Sequence record: OR608733.1
Reading direction: 5' to 3' (one strand)
Length of the DNA stretch: 64,000 nucleotides
The notes beneath the pieces were generated by a model, which made no database searches, had not been told where the DNA came from, and worked only from the letters and a program-made list of their open reading frames with translations. Both the position numbers and the translations under genes were made by a program. Of this stretch, positions 22,411 through 36,546 are shown piece by piece (within the stretch, counting starts at the first letter, position 1; each line of letters opens with the position of its first letter).

Positions 22411-22851
22411 TTACACATCTGACACATCATCGAACAGATCAAGTTGTTTCCGATTACGTCGTTCTTCTTCTTCGATACGACGATTCTCTTCTTCAATCTC
22501 TTTCTGCCGTTTGACAAGCCTCCTGTGCAGACTCATTTGCCATGCAGTATCATAACGGCATCGCACTGACTCAATATATTTAAGCCCTACTTCATTAATG
22601 CTCTCAAGAAGATCCAGTGACACAAGTGTCTCCTTGGATGCATTAATGCTAGCCTTAAGATAATGGGCCATTGCTGTTGCTGGATGGAACGGTAGTTTAT
22701 CGACATCCATGGTCTTTTGATAAGCTTTCAGTTTATGGATAATAATTCGTCCATAATAGAATTCATAAAGTTTTTCTCTAGAATCCCAAGCAAGCTTACC
22801 GAGTACGGCTCCACTTACCATCCCTAATGTAAGAGATAGCTTAGAGTTCAT
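22411..22851 (-). CDS. Protein with N-terminal hydrophobic segment and charged C-terminal coil
   Basis: Start re-set to MNSKLSLTLG (AAGGA SD), 146 aa. Confidence 0.7.
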   Translation of the reverse strand: MNSKLSLTLGMVSGAVLGKLAWDSREKLYEFYYGRIIIHKLKAYQKTMDVDKLPFHPATAMAHYLKASINASKETLVSLDLLESINEVGLKYIESVRCRYDTAWQMSLHRRLVKRQKEIEEENRRIEEEERRNRKQLDLFDDVSDV

Positions 22852-23158
22852 TGTTAATTGCATCCTTAATCCAGTTACGGATTTTTGATTTAATTCGATG
22901 TTTATCACTGATGGTGTTAAACATATCCAATCCATCATTAATAACGTATATAAGCTCTACTTCAATAAAGTCCGTCATTACTTCCACGGTAGTATTATCT
23001 GAATTAGATTTGATATAATCGGAATAGTCCTTTACTTTTTCACGGATATTCTTTTCTAATTTAATCTCATTATAAACAGTCACACCGACTTCGAACACAT
23101 AGATGGTGCCAGCCAGCATGAGACCAGTTTTTACAACATTACCGATAATGGAAAGCAT
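22841..23158 (-). CDS. Small protein with N-terminal hydrophobic anchor
   Basis: 105 aa; TGLMLAGTIYVFEVGVTVY. Confidence 0.7.
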   Translation of the reverse strand: MLSIIGNVVKTGLMLAGTIYVFEVGVTVYNEIKLEKNIREKVKDYSDYIKSNSDNTTVEVMTDFIEVELIYVINDGLDMFNTISDKHRIKSKIRNWIKDAINNEL

Positions 23159-23202
23159 GATAATATCCTATTAGTTAATGAATGTAGATTTATTTTGATT
23201 AT

Positions 23203-23364
23203 TTAAAACTTGATATTTAGAACACGTTTAGCTATTACAATACCAACATATACTCCTAGTGCTATTTCCGCATATTTGGTGATGACGTTTTTAATCTTCT
23301 TATGTTTAGGTACCTCAGGAACATCCGCGATAAGTTTTTGAAGTTTAACTTTATCAATATTCAT
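23203..23364 (-). CDS. Small protein with C-terminal hydrophobic anchor
   Basis: Start re-set to MNIDKVKLQ (AAGGA SD), 53 aa; YAEIALGVYVGIVIA. Confidence 0.65.
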   Translation of the reverse strand: MNIDKVKLQKLIADVPEVPKHKKIKNVITKYAEIALGVYVGIVIAKRVLNIKF

Positions 23365-23443
23365 TTGTATTTTCCTTTTTACGATTAATTGAAGGTTTAA
23401 CAAACTCATTCAAATATAATTTTATTATTGTAATTATATTTGA

Positions 23444-23466
23444 ATGGGGCCTCACTGAGGCCCTAT
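23444..23466. terminator. Hairpin terminator
   Basis: GGGCCTCA-C-TGAGGCCC core inverted repeat. Confidence 0.65.
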
Positions 23467-23472
23467 CCATTT

Positions 23473-23811
23473 TTACATCTTACGAACTGTATCGAATACT
23501 TGATTCGTATAGTCATCGCCATAAATGATCGACAGCTTATCACGAATTACATCCAGTCGATGTTTTTCAATATTGCTCTCAGCAACAGCACTGTCAGTTG
23601 TCTCAGTCATTGCAGTATTGACGAACATCATGAACTCATCTGATTCGCCATACTCTTTTGAAATACTTTTAAACTGATCCCTGAAACCCATGAGCTTGTC
23701 AAAGTTGGTTTTAGTCTCTTTAGCTTTCTTGTAAACCACATATCCAGTTCCTACCAGAGATGCTGTAGCCAGAAGAAACGATACACCTTTTGCAATTGTA
23801 TTGAATTTCAT
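23473..23811 (-). CDS. Small protein with N-terminal membrane anchor
   Basis: 112 aa; GVSFLLATASLVGTGYVVYKK. Confidence 0.75.
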   Translation of the reverse strand: MKFNTIAKGVSFLLATASLVGTGYVVYKKAKETKTNFDKLMGFRDQFKSISKEYGESDEFMMFVNTAMTETTDSAVAESNIEKHRLDVIRDKLSIIYGDDYTNQVFDTVRKM

Positions 23812-23845
23812 AATAAATACACCTATTTACTAATATTAAAACTAT

Positions 23846-24292
23846 TTAATAGTTTCTGAAACGTTCGCAGGTCGTTACTTCTTTCAGTCGATCGATGATA
23901 TAATCTCGACTTTTATTGAATTGAAGTTTCTTTGCGTCATCCAATTCATCCCATTGTGTAATTCTGGCCCGTTCAGGAACATTGTCATATTTTGCTTTGT
24001 TAAGTTTTTTAATCATGTCCCATACATAGCAACCTTCGATAAACCACAAAAAACTCGTGTATGTATCCCTGTCAATTAAATTTACTCCATAAAGACTAAG
24101 GTCAACCTTGGCTTCTTCTGCCATTTTGATGGTTTTCTTATAACTATCAAATACATTGTGGAGGCTATGCTCTTCGCCACTGCTATCACAGTTTTCAATA
24201 GCTTTCATCAACTCCGGAAATGTATCACTATAGAACTTGATCAATTTACGAGTAATCGCCTCTTGCACTTTCTGCTTTTTAGTCTTTGCCAT
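23846..24292 (-). CDS. Early hypothetical protein (gp105 position)
   Basis: 148 aa; first gene after the early promoter at 24351; GGAG SD. Confidence 0.75.
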   Translation of the reverse strand: MAKTKKQKVQEAITRKLIKFYSDTFPELMKAIENCDSSGEEHSLHNVFDSYKKTIKMAEEAKVDLSLYGVNLIDRDTYTSFLWFIEGCYVWDMIKKLNKAKYDNVPERARITQWDELDDAKKLQFNKSRDYIIDRLKEVTTCERFRNY

Positions 24293-24350
24293 TTTATCTC
24301 CACCTATTTACATTAAGTTGTATGATAATGTTTACAGTATTGTCACAAAT

Positions 24351-24380
24351 GTAATATACTGTTTAAAATGCTTTAAATAT
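24351..24380 (-). promoter_or_regulatory. Early promoter
   Basis: Minus strand TATTTAAAGCATTTTAAACAGTATATTAC. Confidence 0.8.
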
Positions 24381-24390
24381 ACGACATAAA

Positions 24391-24410
24391 GCCTTCCCCT
24401 GAGGGAAGGC
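24391..24410 (-). terminator. Terminator after the macrodomain gene
   Basis: GCCTTCCC-CTGA-GGGAAGGC, followed by TTTATGTCG on the minus strand. Confidence 0.8.
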
Positions 24411-24415
24411 CAATG

Positions 24416-24904
24416 TTAAACCGATGAATCCATCCACGGTGGATAAACAACCACAATCTGGTTAGGCATGTGATTAGACCAGTCTTCAATTATAGTTCTA
24501 ACATCAGAGAAATCTAATCCACCATTAGCACACCCTAGAGGTGGTATGATAATTTTCCAATCTGGATGAATACAGTCTTCTTCATTTTCCGCAGAATCCG
24601 ATACGTTCTCCATCATCCACTCTAGTCCACGTTCAATGAAACTAATTTGAGATGGGTTTCGCCAGTTATCCTTAGTGGGAAACATCATGAAACGTTTACC
24701 ATCGGATGCTTTGTAAATAACCGGATTACCAATAGTAATAATTCTCTTTTTGCAATCGTGTTTGTATCTTTCAAAAAGTTCAGGATACTTTTCTTTAAAC
24801 GATTTAGCTAAACCAGCGCCCATGACGCCAACAACATTAACAGTGATTAGATAAAGATCACCAGGTACATTGAATATATCTTTACCTATAATAAATTCAG
24901 CCAT
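24416..24904 (-). CDS. Macrodomain ADP-ribosyl hydrolase, DarG-like (gp104 position)
   Basis: 162 aa; VNVVGVMGAGLAKSFK, FPTKDNWRNPS and IPPLGCANGGLDF macrodomain motifs. Confidence 0.88.
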   Translation of the reverse strand: MAEFIIGKDIFNVPGDLYLITVNVVGVMGAGLAKSFKEKYPELFERYKHDCKKRIITIGNPVIYKASDGKRFMMFPTKDNWRNPSQISFIERGLEWMMENVSDSAENEEDCIHPDWKIIIPPLGCANGGLDFSDVRTIIEDWSNHMPNQIVVVYPPWMDSSV

Positions 24905-24984
24905 GATAATGGCTCCTTCTACAAGAGTACTAATGAGAAGATCAAAACATAGACCTTCTCATTAGATTGGGTGCATTTCCAGGC

Positions 24985-25377
24985 TTATTGGATTTCTGGA
25001 TTAGCATTGTAGAAGCCAATATAAGCCTTATTAAATTTCAAGTAATAATTATACTCTGAAGGCTCACCAGTTATTTCCCTAAATACCTTAGCAGTTATAA
25101 CTTCGAACTTAGAACGCCGTAGCATTGAGAATAATTTCTTACTGCGAGATAGCTCACACAATCTAATCGAGATAGCTTGATCTTTAAATAAACCTGATTT
25201 AGTAAAGAAGGCACCTTCATGAAGCCATTGAATTACTTCATTAAAGTCTGCGCGCCATTTCCTATGCTCATTTAAAGTTTTACCATTTATAAGATTCCAT
25301 AAAGCTTTAACTTTAGATCCAATAGTGAAAATACCTATTACCATTACTGCTAGACATATAGCAATTATAAATGACAT
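24985..25377 (-). CDS. Membrane-anchored hypothetical protein (gp103 position)
   Basis: Start re-set to MSFIIAICLAVMVIGIF (AGGAGG SD), 130 aa. Confidence 0.75.
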   Translation of the reverse strand: MSFIIAICLAVMVIGIFTIGSKVKALWNLINGKTLNEHRKWRADFNEVIQWLHEGAFFTKSGLFKDQAISIRLCELSRSKKLFSMLRRSKFEVITAKVFREITGEPSEYNYYLKFNKAYIGFYNANPEIQ

Positions 25378-25538
25378 ATGTCCTCCTAAATACCATTGAA
25401 GATTAAAGTTCCTATTAGTGAGAGAATGAATAATACGACTACATGATGAAGTTTTATCCATGTTTCAGGTACTACCGGTTGTTTAGGTTTATTTAGAGGG
25501 ATGTTTTTCATGTATATACTCCACATTAGTTCATATGT

Positions 25539-25556
25539 GTAATATACTGTTTAAGA
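25539..25556 (-). promoter_or_regulatory. Early promoter
   Basis: Minus strand CTTAAACAGTATATTAC. Confidence 0.7.
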
Positions 25557-25973
25557 TCTTTCAAATACACCTTTCCAATTAGTAGGTCTTGGGTAGGACC
25601 TAGGTAGTGATTCAGAATGTATAATGAATCCCTCGATATCCCCTTCTTTTGTTTTAACAGCAACTATATCTTTGATAATACCTTTTATTTGCAATAGGCT
25701 ATTCATAATCTCACGATAGAGTTGATCAAATCTATTTGCAATGATATTAGGATTTATTGGATAACCGCAAATTGATTTATAGAAACTACACATTACATCA
25801 TTGTATCTATCTGGAACACATGTCCAAAAGAAATTATGTCGTTCTTTAATATAAAGAATAATCAGGTAGTTAAGATCATCTTCATCTTTTGCGGTATAAT
25901 TAAAGTATTGTTTTAATTCAGAAAAGAATTGTTGTGACCACCTCACATCAACTCGTATAAATAGTTGTTCCAT
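25551..25973 (-). CDS. Hypothetical protein (gp102 position)
   Basis: Start re-set to MEQLF (AGGTG SD), 140 aa. Confidence 0.7.
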   Translation of the reverse strand: MEQLFIRVDVRWSQQFFSELKQYFNYTAKDEDDLNYLIILYIKERHNFFWTCVPDRYNDVMCSFYKSICGYPINPNIIANRFDQLYREIMNSLLQIKGIIKDIVAVKTKEGDIEGFIIHSESLPRSYPRPTNWKGVFERS

Positions 25974-25989
25974 AATACACCTAAATAAA

Positions 25990-27963
<1,974 letters not shown>

Positions 27964-27967
27964 GGTA

Positions 27968-31023
<3,056 letters not shown>

Positions 31024-31058
31024 TTAAGATCATAAGATCATGGTCTAACAGCATAAAA

Positions 31059-31077
31059 GGGAGCCATGAAGGCTCCC
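31059..31077 (-). terminator. Terminator after the gp97-like gene
   Basis: GGGAGCC-ATGAA-GGCTCCC, followed by TTTTATG on the minus strand. Confidence 0.8.
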
Positions 31078-31088
31078 CGTTATGTTTG

Positions 31089-33539
31089 TTACTTAATGGC
31101 ACGATTCACAGCAGTGTTAATTGCATTGGTAAGAGCTACAATGTAATCAACTAGAATGGTGTGGTTTTCAGCCGATTGGCCAACAACTTCCCATACTGCG
31201 CCAGCTAGTTGCCGGACTTTCTTTTTACCGGCTTTACTATCCATGCTAGCCACTTTAGAGATATCACGGTTAGCTTGGTCAAGACGACGTACACCACGGT
31301 TACCGCTAACTTTTAGAGAGGCATTACCAAGACCAATTAGAACTTTAGAAAGTTTCATTAGTTCAGTAACGTCTTTACGGCTAACTTTAGCAGTACCAGT
31401 ACCAGTAGCACCCCATTCACCAGTTGGAAGTGCAATAGCAGCTAATCGTTCAATATCTTTACTAGTGCGACCAGTTACATCACGTCCAGACTTCTCGAAG
31501 GTAAAACTACCATCTAGTTTTCCACTAATGAATGCGCTTTCAGGATATTTCTTAACAGGTACTTCTAATTTAGTTGCTTCTTCTAGAGCCTTATCAATAG
31601 CTTCTTCACTATCAGCTTCAATAGCAGTTGCTAGATGACCAACTAAACGTTCGATGTATTCACCATCGATTTTAAAGCATTTGTTAATAATATCGCTAAT
31701 ACGACGAACCTCTCCAGCAACACCACGCACTAGATTATCATCACCTTTTAGAATACCATTAATTTTGATTTCTTTACTTTCAAAATTATCAGTGTCTTTA
31801 AGCTTAACTAGAAGTTGGTCAGCTTTAGTATTAGCTGCGGCGAGTTCTTTTTGGTTAGCTTTAACATGGATGGATGCATTTGCACCTTCAGCAATATTGT
31901 CGATAATATTTCGAACAAACTTACCAATAGTGCTATTAAATGATTCTAGTGAAGTAACCATCGCCTTATAGTAATCTTCTAGATTACCATAACCATAATC
32001 TTCCATTGCTGGAATACCAGGTGAATAGACATCAAAGGCATTGTGTAGACGTTCTAAGCAGCTATTAGCATGAACGATGAACTGAGGGCTATACTGTTTA
32101 TGCTCTAGTCCATAATGCAGAATCTCAAGCATTGATTCATTTGATGCCTGCTCTTCAAGTAATTGACCAATGGTCTTCTTACTGTCCTCAACTTCATCTT
32201 CAAGATCATCAGCTTCAGCAACTGCCTCATCAGCAGCTTCATCTGCTTCTTCAACATCATCTTCAGTTACTTCTACATCGACATCTGGAATATCAATTTC
32301 ACCTTCAGCTAGTTTCTCTTCGATGTCATCTTCAGAGACATCATCATCAGCTTCAGCGACAATTGTTTCACTATCATCTTCAACTGCACCTTCTTCAATT
32401 GTTGGTTCAGCAATAGTAGATGCTGTTTCAGTTTCAGCAACTGTTTCTTCAGTTTCAGCTTCATTAATTAATACATCAGTAGAATCACTGTCATCATTAG
32501 TTAATTCTTCTTCAGCTTCATCCCGAACTTCTTCCAATTCACTTAAGCCGTCTTCAGCTACTTCTGCTGTTTCGGCAGCTTCTTCTACAATTGGATCAGT
32601 TACAGCTACTTCTTCATCAACTGCTACGATTTCATCCGGTTCAGCTTCAGCAGGGATACTTTCAGATTCCGTCTCTACTACTTCAGCTACTTCACTATCA
32701 GTTGTATCCGGCGTGTCTTCCACGGTTTCAACAACTTCTGTTTCAGCATCAGCTACAGCTGGTTCAGTAACATCGACTTCTTCAGTTTCAGTAATCTCTG
32801 CATCAGGTTCATCATTGGAACTTTCATCAGCAGTTGTCTGTTCAGCACCGGCTTCTTCCGGTGTCACATCATCATCGATACCAGGAACTGCTTCGCTTAC
32901 AACTTCACCAGCATCTAATACTTCATCCGGTAGTGTATCCATAGTGGATGACACGGGTTCATCACCAGCTGGAAGTTCTTCGGACAGTGGTGCAGGCGGC
33001 GGAGTTTCGTCACCAAGTGGGGTTTCTTCAGTGGGAGTTAATTCCACTGCTGTTTCACCAGGTGCTTCTGCAACAGGCACTAGTTCAGTATCATCAGCCG
33101 CATCTTGTGCAGCTTCAATAATTTCAGTGGTTGAATCTAAAACCTCTTTACCACCTTCAGAAATTGTACCGATTTCTTCAGCGATTTCAGCTTCAGCAAC
33201 TTTAACTGCTTCTTCGCCTTCTTCGACACTAGTAGTAGCTAGCGGTTCAGGAATACTTTCCTCAACAACAGTTTCTTCTGGTACAACTTCTTCAACAATT
33301 ACTGCTGACTTATCAGCAGCATGTGCTGTTTCTTCATGTTCTTCAGCAGAGATAATATCAGTATCTGTTTTAACAGTTTCATTCTCAATAGTTGCAGATG
33401 CATCATTATCTTTCTTTAAATCTTGAACTAGTTCATGATCATCTTTAACAGATGTCTCGACTTTGGATACATCCTGTTCCACAGCCGTACCATCTTGGTT
33501 CTCAAGGCTGGCTACATATTTGTGAATATTTACCATCAT
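31089..33539 (-). CDS. gp97: Inner-body / ejection head protein with very long acidic propeptide
   Basis: 816 aa; about 480 aa of E/D/A/T/V-rich sequence, then a C-terminal domain after TSLES; synteny. Confidence 0.8.
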   Translation of the reverse strand: MMVNIHKYVASLENQDGTAVEQDVSKVETSVKDDHELVQDLKKDNDASATIENETVKTDTDIISAEEHEETAHAADKSAVIVEEVVPEETVVEESIPEPLATTSVEEGEEAVKVAEAEIAEEIGTISEGGKEVLDSTTEIIEAAQDAADDTELVPVAEAPGETAVELTPTEETPLGDETPPPAPLSEELPAGDEPVSSTMDTLPDEVLDAGEVVSEAVPGIDDDVTPEEAGAEQTTADESSNDEPDAEITETEEVDVTEPAVADAETEVVETVEDTPDTTDSEVAEVVETESESIPAEAEPDEIVAVDEEVAVTDPIVEEAAETAEVAEDGLSELEEVRDEAEEELTNDDSDSTDVLINEAETEETVAETETASTIAEPTIEEGAVEDDSETIVAEADDDVSEDDIEEKLAEGEIDIPDVDVEVTEDDVEEADEAADEAVAEADDLEDEVEDSKKTIGQLLEEQASNESMLEILHYGLEHKQYSPQFIVHANSCLERLHNAFDVYSPGIPAMEDYGYGNLEDYYKAMVTSLESFNSTIGKFVRNIIDNIAEGANASIHVKANQKELAAANTKADQLLVKLKDTDNFESKEIKINGILKGDDNLVRGVAGEVRRISDIINKCFKIDGEYIERLVGHLATAIEADSEEAIDKALEEATKLEVPVKKYPESAFISGKLDGSFTFEKSGRDVTGRTSKDIERLAAIALPTGEWGATGTGTAKVSRKDVTELMKLSKVLIGLGNASLKVSGNRGVRRLDQANRDISKVASMDSKAGKKKVRQLAGAVWEVVGQSAENHTILVDYIVALTNAINTAVNRAIK

Positions 33540-33638
33540 GTTAATATACCTTCTGTACAGAGTTTATGAGTTATGCTATTCGTCTTAGTCATAACTCCAA
33601 GCGACGAACGTTAACATTCAAAATATTGCGCTGGAATC

Positions 33639-34754
33639 TTACTTTAGATTTTCATCGCATACATTGAGTATGGCAGTCAAATTACGACATGTTAATTTAA
33701 ATAGGTCGTGATAAGGAATAGCCAACCAATCAACATATGTTTCTACCAATGAAACAAGTTCTTGTATTTCTCTATCAGGTCGCCCTTCATTACGAGCACG
33801 TGTTAGTTCATCTCTAAACCTGATTAATGCACCTTTAAGAGTCCTTAACCGTTCATTTCGACGAGTACGCATTGATGCAGCATTTGCACGATTGATCTTA
33901 TCAACTACCTTAACAACTCGATCAATAATACTTTCAGTAACTTGATGGTTGAAATGTTCAAATTCTATTTCGACTGGTAGTGGTCTAGGGGTTTCTTCAG
34001 ATGGAACTAACCGTGAAGAAATATCCCTACACTGATCATAAGCACTTGCATTCTTATCGGGATTATAGTTAATTACAATTTGATGATTACCTAGCAAATG
34101 CAATGATACAAATCGATTACCTTGATCGCGATAAACAGATGGTGTGGTTATTTTAGTTGGGGCACTATTTAATAGTAGTTCTGCTAAAGCATCTGGACTA
34201 GCATTTGGATTCATATACGAAGGTATGATATTAGCTGGCCTTAGAATCACATTGTCTAATCCATTGATATACCCATCAACTACTGTCTCCAATACGCGTA
34301 AGTGAGATAACAAATTAGCACTATTGGTAATAGGTTTATATCTAACACTTAAGTTCTGAATACGAGTTGTAATTAGAAATGTAGGATTCTTATTTTTACG
34401 AGTTCTAGCACGACTGTTAACTCGTAAGTTTTCTGCTCGAATTGCAACATATTCAGCAGTAGCTGCTAGCACTACTCCACTATCCATCAGTTTCTCAATA
34501 GTGGTAACAAATAGTTTTATAACTCGATCAATAACATGTTTAATAGTATCACTAATATCTTCAGTAGATACAACATCCTCTAATTCTTTGATAACCCCTT
34601 GGATCTGATTATAATCTTCCATACCGCCTAATAGATCCATCACTCGCCTAGCTAACGCTTCATCGCCTGATAATAAATCTGCAAGTCTTTTAGGTTCATC
34701 AAGATCAATAATCATTTCATCTGGAGTATCTTTATAAATATCAATTAATTCCAT
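33639..34754 (-). CDS. Internal head protein, gp96-like
   Basis: 371 aa; VSTEDI motif similar to the paralogue cleavage sites. Confidence 0.65.
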   Translation of the reverse strand: MELIDIYKDTPDEMIIDLDEPKRLADLLSGDEALARRVMDLLGGMEDYNQIQGVIKELEDVVSTEDISDTIKHVIDRVIKLFVTTIEKLMDSGVVLAATAEYVAIRAENLRVNSRARTRKNKNPTFLITTRIQNLSVRYKPITNSANLLSHLRVLETVVDGYINGLDNVILRPANIIPSYMNPNASPDALAELLLNSAPTKITTPSVYRDQGNRFVSLHLLGNHQIVINYNPDKNASAYDQCRDISSRLVPSEETPRPLPVEIEFEHFNHQVTESIIDRVVKVVDKINRANAASMRTRRNERLRTLKGALIRFRDELTRARNEGRPDREIQELVSLVETYVDWLAIPYHDLFKLTCRNLTAILNVCDENLK

Positions 34755-34772
34755 TGCTAACTCCTAACATAA

Positions 34773-34795
34773 GACGGGACTCTTCCGAGCCCCGT
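34773..34795 (-). terminator. Hairpin terminator
   Basis: GACGGG-A-CTC-TTCC-GAG-CCCGTC flanked by CATAA and TATG. Confidence 0.7.
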
Positions 34796-34815
34796 CGATA
34801 TGTCGTCACTTATCA

Positions 34816-36459
34816 TTATTCTGCTTGGAATTTAGTGTTAATTACACTATTATAAAGTCCAGTTGCAGTATTTGCGTAACGCATTGCTTCACGAATAATG
34901 GAGTCATGTTTAGGTGCACTATCTGTAATAATAGATGCTACCTTACGTGATACTTCTTCGATCTGTTCTTTAGAAACATCGTCGATTTTATCACTCTCTA
35001 GTTTCCGTGAAAGTTGATCAACATCATCTTCAAGTTGCTTAATGGCTTTAACAATATTCCGGCCGCCAGTGATAACATCAGCTGCATCATCAACCAGATT
35101 ACGTAGAGCTACCGCTTCTTTCTTAGCTTGACTCTTATCAAAGTTCTTTAAAGTCACTTCAGTGCCAGGTTCTGCGGCTGTCTCATCATCCGTTAGATAT
35201 ACTTGAGTAGCAGTCGTAGTTACAAGCTTATTACCCGGTAAAGTGTTAGATGTACTAGCGTAGTGTTTGAGAGGTCCATCTTGAAGTTTGTCCATCTTCT
35301 CAACTAGTTCACTAGCATCATTACGCTCTGGATCCCAAGCTTTAAGCACAGTACCAATATTCGTTAGGTAGGTAGCATAGTCTTTTGCATATACAGATGC
35401 CATCCATTTAACGATAGGGCCATATCCAACGTTAGCTGAAGGCTGAATGAATTTACCATTAGCAAATACGGGTCCACCATTTTTAACAGGAACCGTTAAT
35501 TCACTGGGTATATTTTCAAACTTAGCATTTTGGATAGCTAAAATGAGTTCATCAACTTTTACACTCACACGCGGTACACTATTCTTAAGACTATCCCATA
35601 CGTGGCTAATAATTTCACGTAGTTTAGCAATAGCTTTCTTGATATAAGCAAGCGCCTTACGACTTAACTCTTTAATATCCTCAGTTGAAATCTTAACTGG
35701 ATATAAATGACTTTTACCACCAGTCGTATAGTTTTCTAATGAGCTAGTTAAAGTATTATCACCAAGTACATGACGATGTGGTAAGAGTGCAGAATGAATA
35801 AATGCAGCTGTACTTTGACTGATACCATTAATACCAGCTTGTCGAACAAGAGCTTTAATCGACTCTAGGGCATATGCGGTATTTAGACCTTGATTAATAT
35901 CTTGCACTGCTGTAGTAACTACTTGTGCATTACCAATGTCCATGAAATCAGTAGGTTTATCCATATCCACTGCAACAGCGATCTGTGGCACCACGCCATT
36001 ATGCGCTAGTGGAATAGAACTATCTTTGGCAGCCTGATCAGCGATTTGCTGAGTTACTGTTTCACCACCTTGTGGTTCCTCTCCTTCGGCACCTGCTGGA
36101 ATAACTGTTTCAACAGCAATATTAGGTTGTTCAGGAATAGGGGGTACTTCTGTTACTACATCTGTTTCAACTACGGTAACTGGTACAGCTGGTTGTTCAA
36201 CTAGAGTAGCAGCTGGAGTCTCAACAATAACGCCATTATTAGGAGTATTAACAATAGTGGTATCTGCATCCACTGGTGCAGTTGGTGTTACACCAACATT
36301 ATTGTCAGTCACATCTTGAATAGTATTTTCAGGGACAGCGTCTTCAGAAATACAATCGCCACTAGTCATGGCTGCTACTTTATCAACTGCTGTTTCAGGA
36401 ATAGGTACCTCAGTATAGTCTTCTAGACTATCTAGATACTCATTGAGTTTAAATGTCAT
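34816..36459 (-). CDS. gp95: Inner-body / ejection head protein
   Basis: 547 aa; ALESI...AGINGIS..TAAF.H...SSLENY...ISTED paralogue motif. Confidence 0.8.
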   Translation of the reverse strand: MTFKLNEYLDSLEDYTEVPIPETAVDKVAAMTSGDCISEDAVPENTIQDVTDNNVGVTPTAPVDADTTIVNTPNNGVIVETPAATLVEQPAVPVTVVETDVVTEVPPIPEQPNIAVETVIPAGAEGEEPQGGETVTQQIADQAAKDSSIPLAHNGVVPQIAVAVDMDKPTDFMDIGNAQVVTTAVQDINQGLNTAYALESIKALVRQAGINGISQSTAAFIHSALLPHRHVLGDNTLTSSLENYTTGGKSHLYPVKISTEDIKELSRKALAYIKKAIAKLREIISHVWDSLKNSVPRVSVKVDELILAIQNAKFENIPSELTVPVKNGGPVFANGKFIQPSANVGYGPIVKWMASVYAKDYATYLTNIGTVLKAWDPERNDASELVEKMDKLQDGPLKHYASTSNTLPGNKLVTTTATQVYLTDDETAAEPGTEVTLKNFDKSQAKKEAVALRNLVDDAADVITGGRNIVKAIKQLEDDVDQLSRKLESDKIDDVSKEQIEEVSRKVASIITDSAPKHDSIIREAMRYANTATGLYNSVINTKFQAE

Positions 36460-36546
36460 GTTATTTCCTCAAGGAATTTCTTTGCGCGCGTTTAACAATA
36501 AACCATAGAATTAGGTACTTAGATAAAAATGAACACTTAGATATAT

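Noticed and set aside
32170-33426. 418-aa Ser/Thr/Ala-rich + strand ORF
   Set aside because: Antisense shadow of the acidic low-complexity region of the gp97 orthologue (GAA/GAT codons read as TTC/TCA-type codons); no SD or promoter
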